DNA of 64,000 nucleotides from Gammaproteobacteria bacterium (GTDB lineage Bacteria; Pseudomonadota; Gammaproteobacteria; CBDDKY01): NCBI GenBank assembly GCA_965230455.1, contig CBDDKY010000003.1, positions 430,948 to 494,947 of the forward strand, read 5' to 3'. Shown piece by piece: positions 29,011 to 39,456 of this stretch (position 1 is its first letter; each line of letters starts with the position of its first letter). The notes under the pieces were generated by a model. It saw only the letters and a program-made list of their open reading frames with translations, ran no database searches and was not told where the DNA came from. The position numbers and the translations under genes were made by a program.

Positions 29011-30102
29011 TCATGCTCCATCTTCATTCATGGAAGCCAGCAAGTCAGCTTGATGCTCATGAACGAGAGGATCAATAACTTGGGCTAATTGGCCCTCCAT
29101 GATATCAGCTAATTTATAAAGGGTTAAATTAATGCGATGGTCAGTAACGCGCCCTTGGGGATAGTTATAGGTACGAATCCGTTCAGAGCGGTCGCCGCTA
29201 CCCACTAAGTTGCGCCGTGTGCTTGCTTCGGCCTGTTGTTGCTTTTCTTGTTCTGAAGCCAATAGTTTTGCTTGTAAGAGTGACATGGCGCGCGCACGGT
29301 TTTTATGTTGTGAACGCTCATCTTGGCATTCTACTACCACACCTGTGGGCAGATGAGTTAAACGTACCGCAGAATCAGTTTTATTCACATGCTGACCACC
29401 AGCACCTGATGCCCTAAAGGTATCTACGCGTAAGTCCGCGGGGTTAATAGTAATTTCATCAACAGTTTCCACAACAGGCAATACCGCAACGGTACAAGCT
29501 GAGGTGTGAATGCGGCCTTGGGATTCTGTTACCGGGACACGTTGCACACGGTGAGCACCTGATTCAAATTTCAGCTGGGAAAAAACATCCTCTCCTCGTA
29601 ATTGCAAAATAATTTCTTTATAACCACCGTGCTCGCCAGCATGGGCATTAATGATAGTGACTTGCCACCCTTTATTTTCTGCAAAACGCGTATACATGCG
29701 TGATAAATCACCTACAAAAATAGAAGCTTCATCTCCGCCAGTGCCGGCACGAATCTCTAAAAATGCGTCACAACCGTCATTGGGGTCTTTAGGGAGAAGA
29801 AGTATCTGTAATTCATCTTCTAACGTTGCTTGTAATGCTGTGGCATAGGCCATATCCTCTTTGGCCATGTCGCGCATCATGTCATCGTCATCATTCAACA
29901 GTGACTGTGCTTCTTCTAGCCTCACTACATTTTCTTCATAGCGTGAAAAGCATTGCACCACAGGTTCCAGTTGTGCATATTCTTTGGACAGCTCGCGAAA
30001 ACGATTTTGCTGGGCAATAACATCGGGGTCACCGAGTAACACGCCTAACTCTTCATGTCGCTCGGCAAGTGTGGTTAATTTACTTTTTATAGATGGCTTC
30101 AT
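29011..30102 (-). CDS. prfA: Peptide chain release factor 1
   Basis: GGQ motif ([16 protein letters not shown]) and PxT-type domain. The likely start is the internal MKPSIKSKL; the ORF extends to 30147. Confidence 0.9.
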   Translation of the reverse strand: MKPSIKSKLTTLAERHEELGVLLGDPDVIAQQNRFRELSKEYAQLEPVVQCFSRYEENVVRLEEAQSLLNDDDDMMRDMAKEDMAYATALQATLEDELQILLLPKDPNDGCDAFLEIRAGTGGDEASIFVGDLSRMYTRFAENKGWQVTIINAHAGEHGGYKEIILQLRGEDVFSQLKFESGAHRVQRVPVTESQGRIHTSACTVAVLPVVETVDEITINPADLRVDTFRASGAGGQHVNKTDSAVRLTHLPTGVVVECQDERSQHKNRARAMSLLQAKLLASEQEKQQQAEASTRRNLVGSGDRSERIRTYNYPQGRVTDHRINLTLYKLADIMEGQLAQVIDPLVHEHQADLLASMNEDGA

Positions 30103-30192
30103 GTATGGCTCTAGCAAAATTGAACAATTTATTGCCAATAAAATCAAGGGACAGAGAGTGTCCTGGGATGATTTTATGGTAGCTGATTGATT

Positions 30193-31458
30193 TTATTTTT
30201 TATTTTCTCGGTGATGCAGGTTGAAAAGTTGGCGAATTTGTTTGAGTTGTTCGTAGTCTCCATCGTAGGCGGCTTGGCGCAACTTAACACTGGGGATGTG
30301 CATAACTTTGTTGGTCAAGTTTCGCGCAAACTGCTGTAGAACTATCTTTGGGTCCATGCCCATATCCAATTGGCCTAACGCCTTCTCCATGCTGTCGTCG
30401 CGCATCATATTGAGCTTGTCACGATATTGGCAAATTGTATCGTTAATATCGAGGACTTGCAATTTTTTCATGAAATGCTGGGTTTGCAATTCAATGATCT
30501 TTTCAGCGTCGATGGCTGCCATTTGGCGTTCTTTTAAATTGTCATCCAAATAACCCTGCAAATCATCCACACAATAGAGGTAAACATCAGGCAGTTGGCC
30601 CACTTGAGGTTCAATGTCTCGGGGAACCGCTAAGTCTACCATGAACATGGGTTTGTGCTTGCGGGCTTTAATGGCTGATTCTACAGCACCTTTACCCAGG
30701 ATGGGTAACGTACTGGCTGTAGCGGTGACGGTGATGTCGGCGCTAGCAAGGTATGTCGGGATATCGGCAAGGGTGATGGCATTAGCATTGGGGTATTGTT
30801 GAGCTAGCATGGCAGCCTTAGAGAGCGTTCGGTTGGCTATCCAAAGCTCTTTGACACCTGAATTTTGTAAATAGTCTGCCGTTAAGGCAATGGTTTCGCC
30901 TGAGCCAATGAGTAGAACTTTTTGGTTCGATAATTGTTCAAAAATTTGTTTTGCTAAAGTAACAGCGGCAAAAGCCACAGAGACGGGATAAGTACCAATA
31001 GCTGTATCTGTGCGAACATGTTTAGAAAAAGAGAAAACATGTTGAAATAAGTACTGAAGTTGTCGGCCAACCGTACCCACTTCCAGCGCTTGTCGGTAAG
31101 CGGATTTTATTTGTCCCAGGATTTGTGGTTCTCCCAGTACCAAAGAATCTAAACCCGTGGCCACACGTAAAATATGTCGGACCGCCGCTTCATCATGGTG
31201 TAGATAAATATGATGCCGTAATTGTGCCTCATCAAGCTGGCCTTGTTGGCGCATCCAAGCAAGCAGAGCCTCAGGGTCACGGCCTGCACAATAGAGCTCT
31301 GTTCGATTGCAGGTGGACAAGAGGGCGGCTTCTTGTACAACACCGCCTGCTAATAACCCACTGAGTGAGTTTGGAAAGGTGTCTAATTTCACAGCCAAAC
31401 GTTCCCTGAGGGATAAGGGGGCTGTTTTATGATTGAGTCCGCATGCAAGTAAATTCAT
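30193..31458 (-). CDS. hemA: Glutamyl-tRNA reductase
   Basis: 421 aa with the N-terminal catalytic Cys region (LSTCNRTELY) and an NADPH-binding GSGETIAL motif. Confidence 0.9.
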   Translation of the reverse strand: MNLLACGLNHKTAPLSLRERLAVKLDTFPNSLSGLLAGGVVQEAALLSTCNRTELYCAGRDPEALLAWMRQQGQLDEAQLRHHIYLHHDEAAVRHILRVATGLDSLVLGEPQILGQIKSAYRQALEVGTVGRQLQYLFQHVFSFSKHVRTDTAIGTYPVSVAFAAVTLAKQIFEQLSNQKVLLIGSGETIALTADYLQNSGVKELWIANRTLSKAAMLAQQYPNANAITLADIPTYLASADITVTATASTLPILGKGAVESAIKARKHKPMFMVDLAVPRDIEPQVGQLPDVYLYCVDDLQGYLDDNLKERQMAAIDAEKIIELQTQHFMKKLQVLDINDTICQYRDKLNMMRDDSMEKALGQLDMGMDPKIVLQQFARNLTNKVMHIPSVKLRQAAYDGDYEQLKQIRQLFNLHHRENKK

Positions 31459-31532
31459 GATATCAAGGTAAAAGTAAATAAAATATCAACATTTGTTCAA
31501 AAAATAGACTAATATTAAAGGGTGACAATTTT

Positions 31533-33392
31533 TTGTCAAGTATGCAAGAAGTCTGCCAGTGCTTTGGAATGCCATTTGAATCCATTCATCTTAGCATATA
31601 TTGCAAGCGTCATGAACATTGTCAAAAACCCTCTGACGCTATCCATAAGGGAGGTCTTTCTTTGGGACATCGCAGAGTACGACAGTTTATCCAGGTTTTT
31701 TGCCTATGGGGGGCGCTAAGTGCTTCTACAGTGGCCAGTACTATCTCGGATAAGCCATTGACGTTAGAGCCCTTGACCGCGGCGCTGATAGCAGAATGGG
31801 CCTTGTTAACCGGCGATAGAGAAATTGCATTATCTTTGTATGTGCAATTGGCACAACAACGCGAAGAGCCGCGTTTAGTACAGCGTGCGCTATTTGTTGC
31901 CGTGCAAGTTCATCATTTGCCAGCCGCCTTGATACTGTCTGAAAAATGGGCAAGGCTTTCTCCTGAAGATACAAAAGCACAATCTATTTATGTTATCTTA
32001 TTGTTAGCAACGGGCAAATCAAAACTAGCTGTGCCTAGTGTCAAACGCTTATTGAGCATGGATGCAGACCGGCCGTTGCTGTTGAGTGATGTTTTGTTGA
32101 GTAAAGTGAATGAGCAACCCGCTATGGAAAAAATGATTGCTTTACTCATTCCATTGCAAAATCATCCCCAGCTGGGGCAGGTGGCTCAGTTAAATAGAGC
32201 TTATATGCATTTCCAATTGGCCCAATATCAGCAAACCGAACAAATTCTCGCGTCGTTACTGCAAAGGCCAGAGCCTTTTATCGATGCGCTGAGACTCCAC
32301 GTGACGCTTTCATTGTATCAGGGAAAATCTCATGAAGCCGTAACCTATTTAGAACAACGCATTGCAAAAAAACCTGAGCGTCATGCTCTGCAAATGCTGT
32401 ATGCAACAACGTTGAAAAAAACAGGCGCCCATGAGCAAGCGCAAAGGGTTTATGAAAAATTACTCACAGAAAAAAACTACAGGGCGCGTAGTCTCTATGA
32501 GCTTGCAAAGCTTGCGCTTTTGACCAAACAGCAAGGAAAAGCCAGGCACTACTTGTATCACTTGCTCGATAAACCTGACTATGCCAATGAAGCACGCTAT
32601 TTATTGGCGCAGTCGTGGGAAGAGCAAGGAAATTTATCGCAAGCTATTGTTTGGTATCGAGCTGTTGATGACGGCGTATTATTTTTTAGTGCAAAAATAC
32701 AAGCGGCTTATTTATTACAAAGACAACAGCGCTATGCCGAGGCACTGCAGGTTTTACAGACTATCACTAGTGGCAGTGATGACGAACAACGGGAAGTGTA
32801 TTTGTTGGAGGCTCATTTATATTACCAACTGCAACATTATCAGCGTGCCGGCGCCGTGTTAGATGAGAGTTTGAAAAAATTTCCCGAGGACGTTGAGTTG
32901 TTATATGCTCGCGCGCTTCTCATGGATAGTCAAGGACATTCTGAGGCGACAGAAAAAGCATTGCAGCATATTTTAAATTTAGAACCCAATAATGTTAATG
33001 CATTGAACACCTTGGGGTATCTATTAACGCTGCAAGGACGTGATATGCAACATGCAGAAAAATTATTAAAAAAGGCCATCATCTTGGCACCGGAAAGTCC
33101 GGCCGTATTAGACAGTATGGGCTGGTTATTATTTCATCAAGGCCAATACAAAGCGGCTGAGCAATATTTACGAAAAGCTTATGCCTATAAACCGAATAAA
33201 GAAATTGCAGCACATTTGAGTGAGGTTTTATGGGTGCAGGGCAATTACTTGGGCGCTAAATATGTATGGGTGCAGGGTAATTACCTAGGTACCAAACAGG
33301 GCTGGGCATTAATGTTGTTAACGTACGCTAAAAATAAAATATCAAATTGTAAACTTATCTTAACTACTATACTACGAACGGGTGGGTTTTAG
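31533..33392 (+). CDS. TPR-repeat protein (secreted or periplasmic)
   Basis: 619 aa with multiple TPR units. The true start is probably downstream at a signal-peptide-like segment. There is a 36-bp imperfect internal duplication near 33228-33300. Confidence 0.55.
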   Translation: MSSMQEVCQCFGMPFESIHLSIYCKRHEHCQKPSDAIHKGGLSLGHRRVRQFIQVFCLWGALSASTVASTISDKPLTLEPLTAALIAEWALLTGDREIALSLYVQLAQQREEPRLVQRALFVAVQVHHLPAALILSEKWARLSPEDTKAQSIYVILLLATGKSKLAVPSVKRLLSMDADRPLLLSDVLLSKVNEQPAMEKMIALLIPLQNHPQLGQVAQLNRAYMHFQLAQYQQTEQILASLLQRPEPFIDALRLHVTLSLYQGKSHEAVTYLEQRIAKKPERHALQMLYATTLKKTGAHEQAQRVYEKLLTEKNYRARSLYELAKLALLTKQQGKARHYLYHLLDKPDYANEARYLLAQSWEEQGNLSQAIVWYRAVDDGVLFFSAKIQAAYLLQRQQRYAEALQVLQTITSGSDDEQREVYLLEAHLYYQLQHYQRAGAVLDESLKKFPEDVELLYARALLMDSQGHSEATEKALQHILNLEPNNVNALNTLGYLLTLQGRDMQHAEKLLKKAIILAPESPAVLDSMGWLLFHQGQYKAAEQYLRKAYAYKPNKEIAAHLSEVLWVQGNYLGAKYVWVQGNYLGTKQGWALMLLTYAKNKISNCKLILTTILRTGGF

Positions 33393-33454
33393 GTATGGTT
33401 GACACATGAACTTGGTCTAGTCCAATCCCTTTTAGCCCGCAGCTGTTTGTTAGA

Positions 33455-33575
33455 TTTGGATAATTTTTTTCGAAAAAACGAGGATAGTAGTTATTCTACA
33501 CGACGAGTGTTTTCGAGAAAAATTATTCAAAGATGACGGACAAATGTGAGGCTAAAACCCTAAAATCCACCCCCC
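33455..33575 (+). other. Conserved ~110-nt structured element (family E, copy 1) upstream of the DUF2789 gene
   Basis: About 80% identical to 60795-60915. Both copies can form a stem (AATTTTTTTCGAAAA / TTTTCGAGAAAAATT), and the copies differ by compensatory changes. Confidence 0.5.
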
Positions 33576-33625
33576 TCGTAGTATATACTTAATGAAACAG
33601 AGTTTAGCCGATTGAGGAACCATTA

Positions 33626-33862
33626 ATGGATTTGAGCCAGCACAGTTTGTCTGATTTATTCTCCCAGTTGGGGTTGCCTGACGATGAGGAAAATATCGAA
33701 TTATTTATTTCAACCCATAAACCATTACGCCAAGATATTCGTATTGCACGGGCGCCTTGGTGGACGCCGGCACAACGTGCTTTTTTAGAAGAAGCGATTG
33801 ATGAAGACTCTGATTGGGCTATTGCCGTGGGGCAGCTTGATAGCTTACTGCGCATACAATAA
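33626..33862 (+). CDS. DUF2789-family small protein
   Basis: 78 aa (MDLSQHSLSDLFSQLGLPDDEENIELFI...APWWTPAQRAFLEEAIDEDSDWA). Confidence 0.55.
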   Translation: MDLSQHSLSDLFSQLGLPDDEENIELFISTHKPLRQDIRIARAPWWTPAQRAFLEEAIDEDSDWAIAVGQLDSLLRIQ

Positions 33863-33972
33863 ATCCAAATTGGCAAAAAATGTGCTAGAATGTTCCGTGC
33901 CTGCGCGATACCAGCGCTTTCCTTATAATACAGAGTCCATGTTCTTCGTGAGCTCTACTGAAACGTGCCCAC

Positions 33973-36252
33973 ATGCTAAAAATATTACGTCGAATTGTAC
34001 AAGAAGTCAGCGGCGCTACGGAATTTCCTGTGGCGTTGGATCTTATGGTGCGATTAGTGCGTGATGCCATGGGGGCTGAAGCGGCGTCGGTTTTTCTATT
34101 AGACAAAGAAAAGCAAGAATATGTGCTTACCGCTACCGACGGTTTAAATACAGGTGTTCTTTTTAAGTTGCGTCTGCGTCAAAACCAAGGCCTGGTGGGT
34201 TATGTTGCGCAACGTGCGGAACCTATCAATCTCGATGATGCGCCTTCTCACCCTAATTTTTATTGCGACCCTAAGCTGCAAGAAGATAAATATAATGCTT
34301 TTCTTGGCACGCCCATTATCCATCAAGGAGAAGTATTGGGCGTTATCATGGTGCAACAAAGAGAGTCGCGGAAATTTGATGAGGCTGAAGAGGCATTTTT
34401 AGTCACCTTGGCGGCTCAGGTAGCTGGCATTATTGCCCATGCGGAAGCAACGGGTACGATTGCGCAACTCATCACAAAAAAGAAATGGTTTCGCCGTCGT
34501 AAAGAAGTAAGCTTTCGAGGTATTGCCAGCGTTCCAGGTGTGGCCATTGGTCAGGGCGTTATTGTTTATCCCTTAGCGGATTTGGATGCTGTACCGGATA
34601 AACAGGTTGAAGACATTGAAGGTGAAATACAGCTCTTTAATGCAGCGTTGGCTGCTTCTCGCGAAGAAATCACCCAGTTAGGTCGTCGCATGGCTGGTAC
34701 GCTGCCCGAGGAAGAGCTAGCATTGTTTGATGCTTACTTGGCTTTATTGGGGCACTCTGAATTAGGAAAAGATATCATTGCGTTGATTCAGCAGGGGCAG
34801 TGGGCTCAAGGGGCTTTAAAGCAAGTCATTAAAGAGCATGCGAAACAGTTTGCTGATATGGAGGATGAATATCTGCGTGAACGAGCAGTAGATATTAAAG
34901 ACTTGGGTCGTCGTATTCTTTCACATTTACAATCGGACGAAGGCCATAGTGTGGATTATCCTGAACAGACTATCTTGGTGGGCGATGAAGTAACGGCCAG
35001 CGCGTTGGCTGAAGTGCCTTTGGCACGTTTGGCGGGAGTCGTTTCCAAAGAGGGTTCGGTTAATTCTCATGTGGCTATTTTAGCGCGCGCCTTAGGTGTG
35101 CCTACCATTATGGGGGTGGAAGGCTTAGCAGCATCGCGTTTAGAGAAACGTGCGCTGGTGGTGGATGGCTACGGCGGGCGTGTATATGTCGAACCTTCAG
35201 GCGCTTTGCTGAAGGACTATGAGCGCTTAGTGGAAGAAGAAAAAGAATTAGATGCTGATTTGGACGCCCTGCGCGAGCTACCCGCTACCACCGCTGATGG
35301 TTATACTCTACAGCTGTGTGTTAATGCGGGTGTGGCTTTTGATGCGGGACTCTCGTTAAGTATTGGTGCCGAAGGTGTTGGCCTGTATCGTACAGAAGTC
35401 CCTTTTATTGTGCGAGACCGATTTCCTGTGGAGGAAGAGCAACGCATCATCTATCAACAATTACTCAAAGCCTTTGCACCTCAACCGGTGACCATGCGCA
35501 CCTTGGATGTCGGTGGTGACAAAGCATTGCCTTATTTTCCTATTTCGGAGCCCAATCCTTTTTTAGGCTGGCGTGGTATACGTATCACGCTAGATCATCC
35601 CGACATTTTTTTAGTGCAAGCGCGTGCCATGTTGAAGGCATCGGCCGGCTACAACAATCTACGCATTATGTTGCCCATGATAAGCTCTGTGGCAGAAGTT
35701 GACGCTTCGTTACGCTTACTGTCTAAGGCTTATTCTGAAGTGTTAGAAGAAGGTTTTGATATTGTTATGCCGCCCATTGGTATTATGGTGGAAATTCCCG
35801 CTGCGGTTTATCAAATAAGATCCTTGGCACGTCGAGTGGCTTTTATTTCTGTGGGTAGTAATGATTTAACCCAATATTTATTGGCGGTAGACCGTAATAA
35901 CTCCCGCGTTGCCAAAATGTATGATTCTTTGCATCCAGCGGTGTTGTACGCACTGTTAAATATTGTAGAAGGTGCACACAGTGAAGGAAAACCCGTGAGT
36001 ATTTGTGGTGAGATGGCCGCAGACCCCTTGGCGGCTGTGCTACTGTTAGGCATGGGCTTTAATACGCTCAGTATGAACTCGCCTAGCTTATTGCGCATTA
36101 AGTGGGTGGTGCGGCAATTTAGCCATGAAAAAGCAAAAGCATTATTACAAGAAGCCCTACTGATGGATAACCCCATGGACGTGCGCGATCATTTAGAACA
36201 CGCCCTGATGGATGCAGGTTTAGGTGGGTTAATTAGGGCTGGTAAGCGCTAA
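33973..36252 (+). CDS. ptsP: Phosphoenolpyruvate-protein phosphotransferase PtsP (EI-Ntr, GAF domain N-terminus)
   Basis: 759 aa with an N-terminal GAF domain and PEP-utilising enzyme motifs (GGRTSHVAILARALGVPTI-like, CGEMA). Confidence 0.9.
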   Translation: MLKILRRIVQEVSGATEFPVALDLMVRLVRDAMGAEAASVFLLDKEKQEYVLTATDGLNTGVLFKLRLRQNQGLVGYVAQRAEPINLDDAPSHPNFYCDPKLQEDKYNAFLGTPIIHQGEVLGVIMVQQRESRKFDEAEEAFLVTLAAQVAGIIAHAEATGTIAQLITKKKWFRRRKEVSFRGIASVPGVAIGQGVIVYPLADLDAVPDKQVEDIEGEIQLFNAALAASREEITQLGRRMAGTLPEEELALFDAYLALLGHSELGKDIIALIQQGQWAQGALKQVIKEHAKQFADMEDEYLRERAVDIKDLGRRILSHLQSDEGHSVDYPEQTILVGDEVTASALAEVPLARLAGVVSKEGSVNSHVAILARALGVPTIMGVEGLAASRLEKRALVVDGYGGRVYVEPSGALLKDYERLVEEEKELDADLDALRELPATTADGYTLQLCVNAGVAFDAGLSLSIGAEGVGLYRTEVPFIVRDRFPVEEEQRIIYQQLLKAFAPQPVTMRTLDVGGDKALPYFPISEPNPFLGWRGIRITLDHPDIFLVQARAMLKASAGYNNLRIMLPMISSVAEVDASLRLLSKAYSEVLEEGFDIVMPPIGIMVEIPAAVYQIRSLARRVAFISVGSNDLTQYLLAVDRNNSRVAKMYDSLHPAVLYALLNIVEGAHSEGKPVSICGEMAADPLAAVLLLGMGFNTLSMNSPSLLRIKWVVRQFSHEKAKALLQEALLMDNPMDVRDHLEHALMDAGLGGLIRAGKR

Positions 36253-36286
36253 TTAATTGGCCCATTGTAACTATTAAACATACAAG

Positions 36287-37489
36287 TTACGGCCCATTTA
36301 GATAAAAAGCCAATGTCATGATACCAAAGGCGGCAATAATAAGCGCCAGCAGTAACGGTTTTCCACCCCAAAGTGCGTAGTGGCCTTCGGCAAGTTTCAA
36401 CTGATAGCGGCCGCGCCAAGCCATGACAGCAGGCAGTAAAATCAGCAACACAGCACACAGTATACCCGCATAATTGAGCGCCCTTATAAATGCACCGGGA
36501 AAGAAAAATACGATGAGCAAAGGCGGAAGAAATGTAGTCAAAAAGATAAAGGCTTTACTGCGCCCGCGCTTAGGTAGTCGCAAGCCATCGGCTAAAAAGT
36601 CTGATAAACATAAAGAAACACCTAAAAAAGAGGTGGCGACACACACGGTGGTAAATCCACGCCACAGGCTGTAGATAAGTGATGAACCAACGTAGTGATG
36701 TAGCGAAGCCGTAAGTGCTGTATTGGTATTTCCTGCCGCCATGACCTTTAGTAGGCCTTGTGCACCTTGTAGAGGCAATACACCTAAAACCACCAAATCC
36801 CATAAAATATAACAAAACAGTGGGATAAGACTGCCAATAAAGACCATCAGACGTAGCTTTTTCACGTCACTTTTATAATAAGTTCTTAAGCTTGGAATAA
36901 CCGTTGCATACCCGTAAGAGGTAATCATAATAGAAACCGTCGTAAATAAATATTTGCCGTCTTCGTGCATTAAATTAGGTAAATGAATATGAGGGAACAG
37001 TAATAAAATCAGTAAAGCATAAGCAAGGAATTTCAGTGACATCAAGCCGCGATTTACATAATCGACAGAGCGAATGCCGATATAAACCACCGTTCCCAGA
37101 ATGGCAACGAATAAGCATTCTTTCATCCAAAAGGGTAATTGCAGTCCAACGCTTTTCGCTAAACTACCTAAAATATCTGAGCCCCCTGCAATATAAGCTG
37201 CTAATAACGCATAAAGCAATAACAAATAAGTGAGCCAAGTTAAGCCTTGTCCAAACTTGCCGAGGGTCGCCCGTGCCATAGAAACTAAGTTGGTATTCTC
37301 AGGTAACCATAAATTGACTTCCAAAACCAGAAACGATGCTAGCATCATGACCAACCAGCTGCCAAATAAGAAGAGCGTGGAATAGGGAAAGCCGCCTTCA
37401 GCTGTCACCATGGGTAAAGCGAGCATCCCACCTCCAATGGATGTACCAATAATAAGTAAGATACCACCAAGGATGCTACGATTGGGCAT
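36287..37489 (-). CDS. HAAAP-family aromatic amino acid permease (TyrP/Mtr-like)
   Basis: 400 aa with 11 predicted transmembrane segments and an N-terminal GGILLIIGTSIGGGMLALP motif. Confidence 0.7.
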   Translation of the reverse strand: MPNRSILGGILLIIGTSIGGGMLALPMVTAEGGFPYSTLFLFGSWLVMMLASFLVLEVNLWLPENTNLVSMARATLGKFGQGLTWLTYLLLLYALLAAYIAGGSDILGSLAKSVGLQLPFWMKECLFVAILGTVVYIGIRSVDYVNRGLMSLKFLAYALLILLLFPHIHLPNLMHEDGKYLFTTVSIMITSYGYATVIPSLRTYYKSDVKKLRLMVFIGSLIPLFCYILWDLVVLGVLPLQGAQGLLKVMAAGNTNTALTASLHHYVGSSLIYSLWRGFTTVCVATSFLGVSLCLSDFLADGLRLPKRGRSKAFIFLTTFLPPLLIVFFFPGAFIRALNYAGILCAVLLILLPAVMAWRGRYQLKLAEGHYALWGGKPLLLALIIAAFGIMTLAFYLNGP

Positions 37490-37525
37490 GAGTTTGGGCC
37501 TTCTAGAATAAAAGGCTGTATTTTA

Positions 37526-38356
37526 CTACAGAGTAGAGGCCACAGAAAGCTCATGTTCTTGCGCCTGCAACTTATTGTTTCTATACATCTTTTCCTGGCT
37601 GTAAGGAGAGAAAGGGAGCGCTCTTTCATAGGATTGTGCAATATTGAAGGCTTTTATTTGTTGCTCAAGTTGTTGAAAGCACGGAAAAGAAAAACAAGCA
37701 TGCATGCTAATAAGCTGGCGATTAAGTCGTGAAATAAGAAGCACGCGTGAGATTCCATCTAGATTTTTCATGGCATCAGCCAACTGTTGTGTCTTGAGAA
37801 GGTGGTTTATGTGGGCCCGTAGTGTTTTTGAAAAAAGCTCAGTATTGTTTTCAATAGTCGGCGCGTAAATAGCCGTGAAAGGAGTTATGCCCTGCAGGGC
37901 ACATTGGTAATGATACTGAAAAAAAAGTATAACGTGATGCGTAGCGCAGTTTTTAGCAGACGCTATGAGATAGGCAAGCTTCGTCTTTTCCATCGTATGT
38001 AAGTTTATAGGCGATGACAGCACTTTATTGAGTTGCTGACGAATGGCTTCGCAAAAGGCAGAGAGAGATTGGATGGGCAACTTTCTCATAAGTTGGTGCA
38101 AATAGTCATAGCATGAGCTGCTTGCTAAGAAATTTTCTATTGCGTTGAGATAGGGTTGCGTTTTTAGCCGCTCAATAGGGTAGTCTAGCGTGAATACCTG
38201 CTTGGGAGCAATGATTTCATTAAAGCAGCGAATAAATAAGTTAGGTATCAGTGTTCCTACCACCAGTGCTGGAATAGCGCTAGGCAGTGTTTCGATAGGT
38301 TCTAGAAAGGCTAAAGGTTTTGTCATGATTGTTGTTTCTTGGCAAGAAGGGAACAT
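37526..38356 (-). CDS. Hypothetical protein (lineage-specific, effector-like)
   Basis: 276 aa with no recognisable motifs. Confidence 0.4.
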   Translation of the reverse strand: MFPSCQETTIMTKPLAFLEPIETLPSAIPALVVGTLIPNLFIRCFNEIIAPKQVFTLDYPIERLKTQPYLNAIENFLASSSCYDYLHQLMRKLPIQSLSAFCEAIRQQLNKVLSSPINLHTMEKTKLAYLIASAKNCATHHVILFFQYHYQCALQGITPFTAIYAPTIENNTELFSKTLRAHINHLLKTQQLADAMKNLDGISRVLLISRLNRQLISMHACFSFPCFQQLEQQIKAFNIAQSYERALPFSPYSQEKMYRNNKLQAQEHELSVASTL

Positions 38357-38472
38357 AAGGTAAGTTTAGATCAATTTAAAATAAATGCAAAAAATAATAT
38401 TTCTTTTGGTTTATGGGGGTTCCTAGCCAATTTATGCTACATTGATAGTCATGCGCTAGCGTCTTTTTTTAC

Positions 38473-39306
38473 TTGAGTGTCTATATGGCAACTTATGCAA
38501 TCGGTGATGTACAGGGCTGTTATCAGTCTCTCAAAGCATTGTTAGAATATATCAAGTTTAAGCCTCAGCAGGACAAGCTTTGGTTTGTGGGTGATATTGT
38601 TAATCGAGGCCCTTGTTCATTAGAGACGTTGCGTTTTATCCAAAGCCTCGGGGACACCGCTGTGGTTGTCTTGGGTAACCATGATTTACATTTAATGGCG
38701 GTTATGCATGGACACGGCCGACAAATTCCCAGTGATCATTTAATGTCCATACGAAAAGCGCCGGATGGCGATAGGTTAACGCAATGGTTGCGTTGTTGCC
38801 CTTTATTGCATGTGGATGAAGGTCTAGGATTCGTGATGTGCCATGCCGGTATTTGGCCGCACTGGACACTGCGTCAAGCTATGCAGTTTGCTCGCGAAGT
38901 CGAGGAAGTTTTACAGGGAGAACACTACGCTGATTTTCTTAAACATATGTATGGTGACTTTCCTGATACCTGGGATGACAATTTAACGGGCTTCAATCGG
39001 TTGCGTTTTATTGCCAATGCTTTTACACGTATGCGCTATTGTGATCGCCAAGGGCGATTAGATTTACGTCATAAAGGTCCACTAGGTACACAAGCACCAG
39101 AACTTATTCCTTGGTTTGATGTACCAAAGCGCAGACCTTTATCTTTCCCGCTTATTTTTGGGCATTGGGCATCATTGCAGCGGGATATGGCGCCAGAAGG
39201 TTTGTACCCTATTGATACGGGATGTGTGTGGTTCGAAAAATTAACCGCTTTTCGCTTAGAAGACAGGCGCGAATTTAGTGTGTTGGCACAAGAGAAAAAG
39301 CAATAA
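38473..39306 (+). CDS. apaH: Bis(5'-nucleosyl)-tetraphosphatase, symmetrical
   Basis: 277 aa with metallophosphatase motifs GDIVNRG...GNHD. Confidence 0.85.
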   Translation: MSVYMATYAIGDVQGCYQSLKALLEYIKFKPQQDKLWFVGDIVNRGPCSLETLRFIQSLGDTAVVVLGNHDLHLMAVMHGHGRQIPSDHLMSIRKAPDGDRLTQWLRCCPLLHVDEGLGFVMCHAGIWPHWTLRQAMQFAREVEEVLQGEHYADFLKHMYGDFPDTWDDNLTGFNRLRFIANAFTRMRYCDRQGRLDLRHKGPLGTQAPELIPWFDVPKRRPLSFPLIFGHWASLQRDMAPEGLYPIDTGCVWFEKLTAFRLEDRREFSVLAQEKKQ

Positions 39307-39456
39307 TCCCAGCAATTCCCGCTGGCCTTAAATAACCATAAATATCAATAAGTTGCAAGTAATCAGGTAAATATTTTTCGCAATCATCTTGCGGGAATGG
39401 CTGCAATAATCCTAAACTCCGTCGCTGAAAGCGATTGATTTTAGGTTAAAGGTTAG

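Noticed and set aside
33228-33300. 36-bp imperfect tandem duplication inside the TPR gene (VQGNYLGAKYVW / VQGNYLGTKQGW)
   Set aside because: It is real in the sequence, but it is probably a trivial in-frame duplication or an assembly artefact. I did not report it as a finding.
34154-34402. Small ORFs antisense to or inside ptsP, glyA, hemA, prfA, the permeases and similar genes (many in the track)
   Set aside because: They are embedded in well-supported long CDSs on either strand. This is typical of spurious frames.
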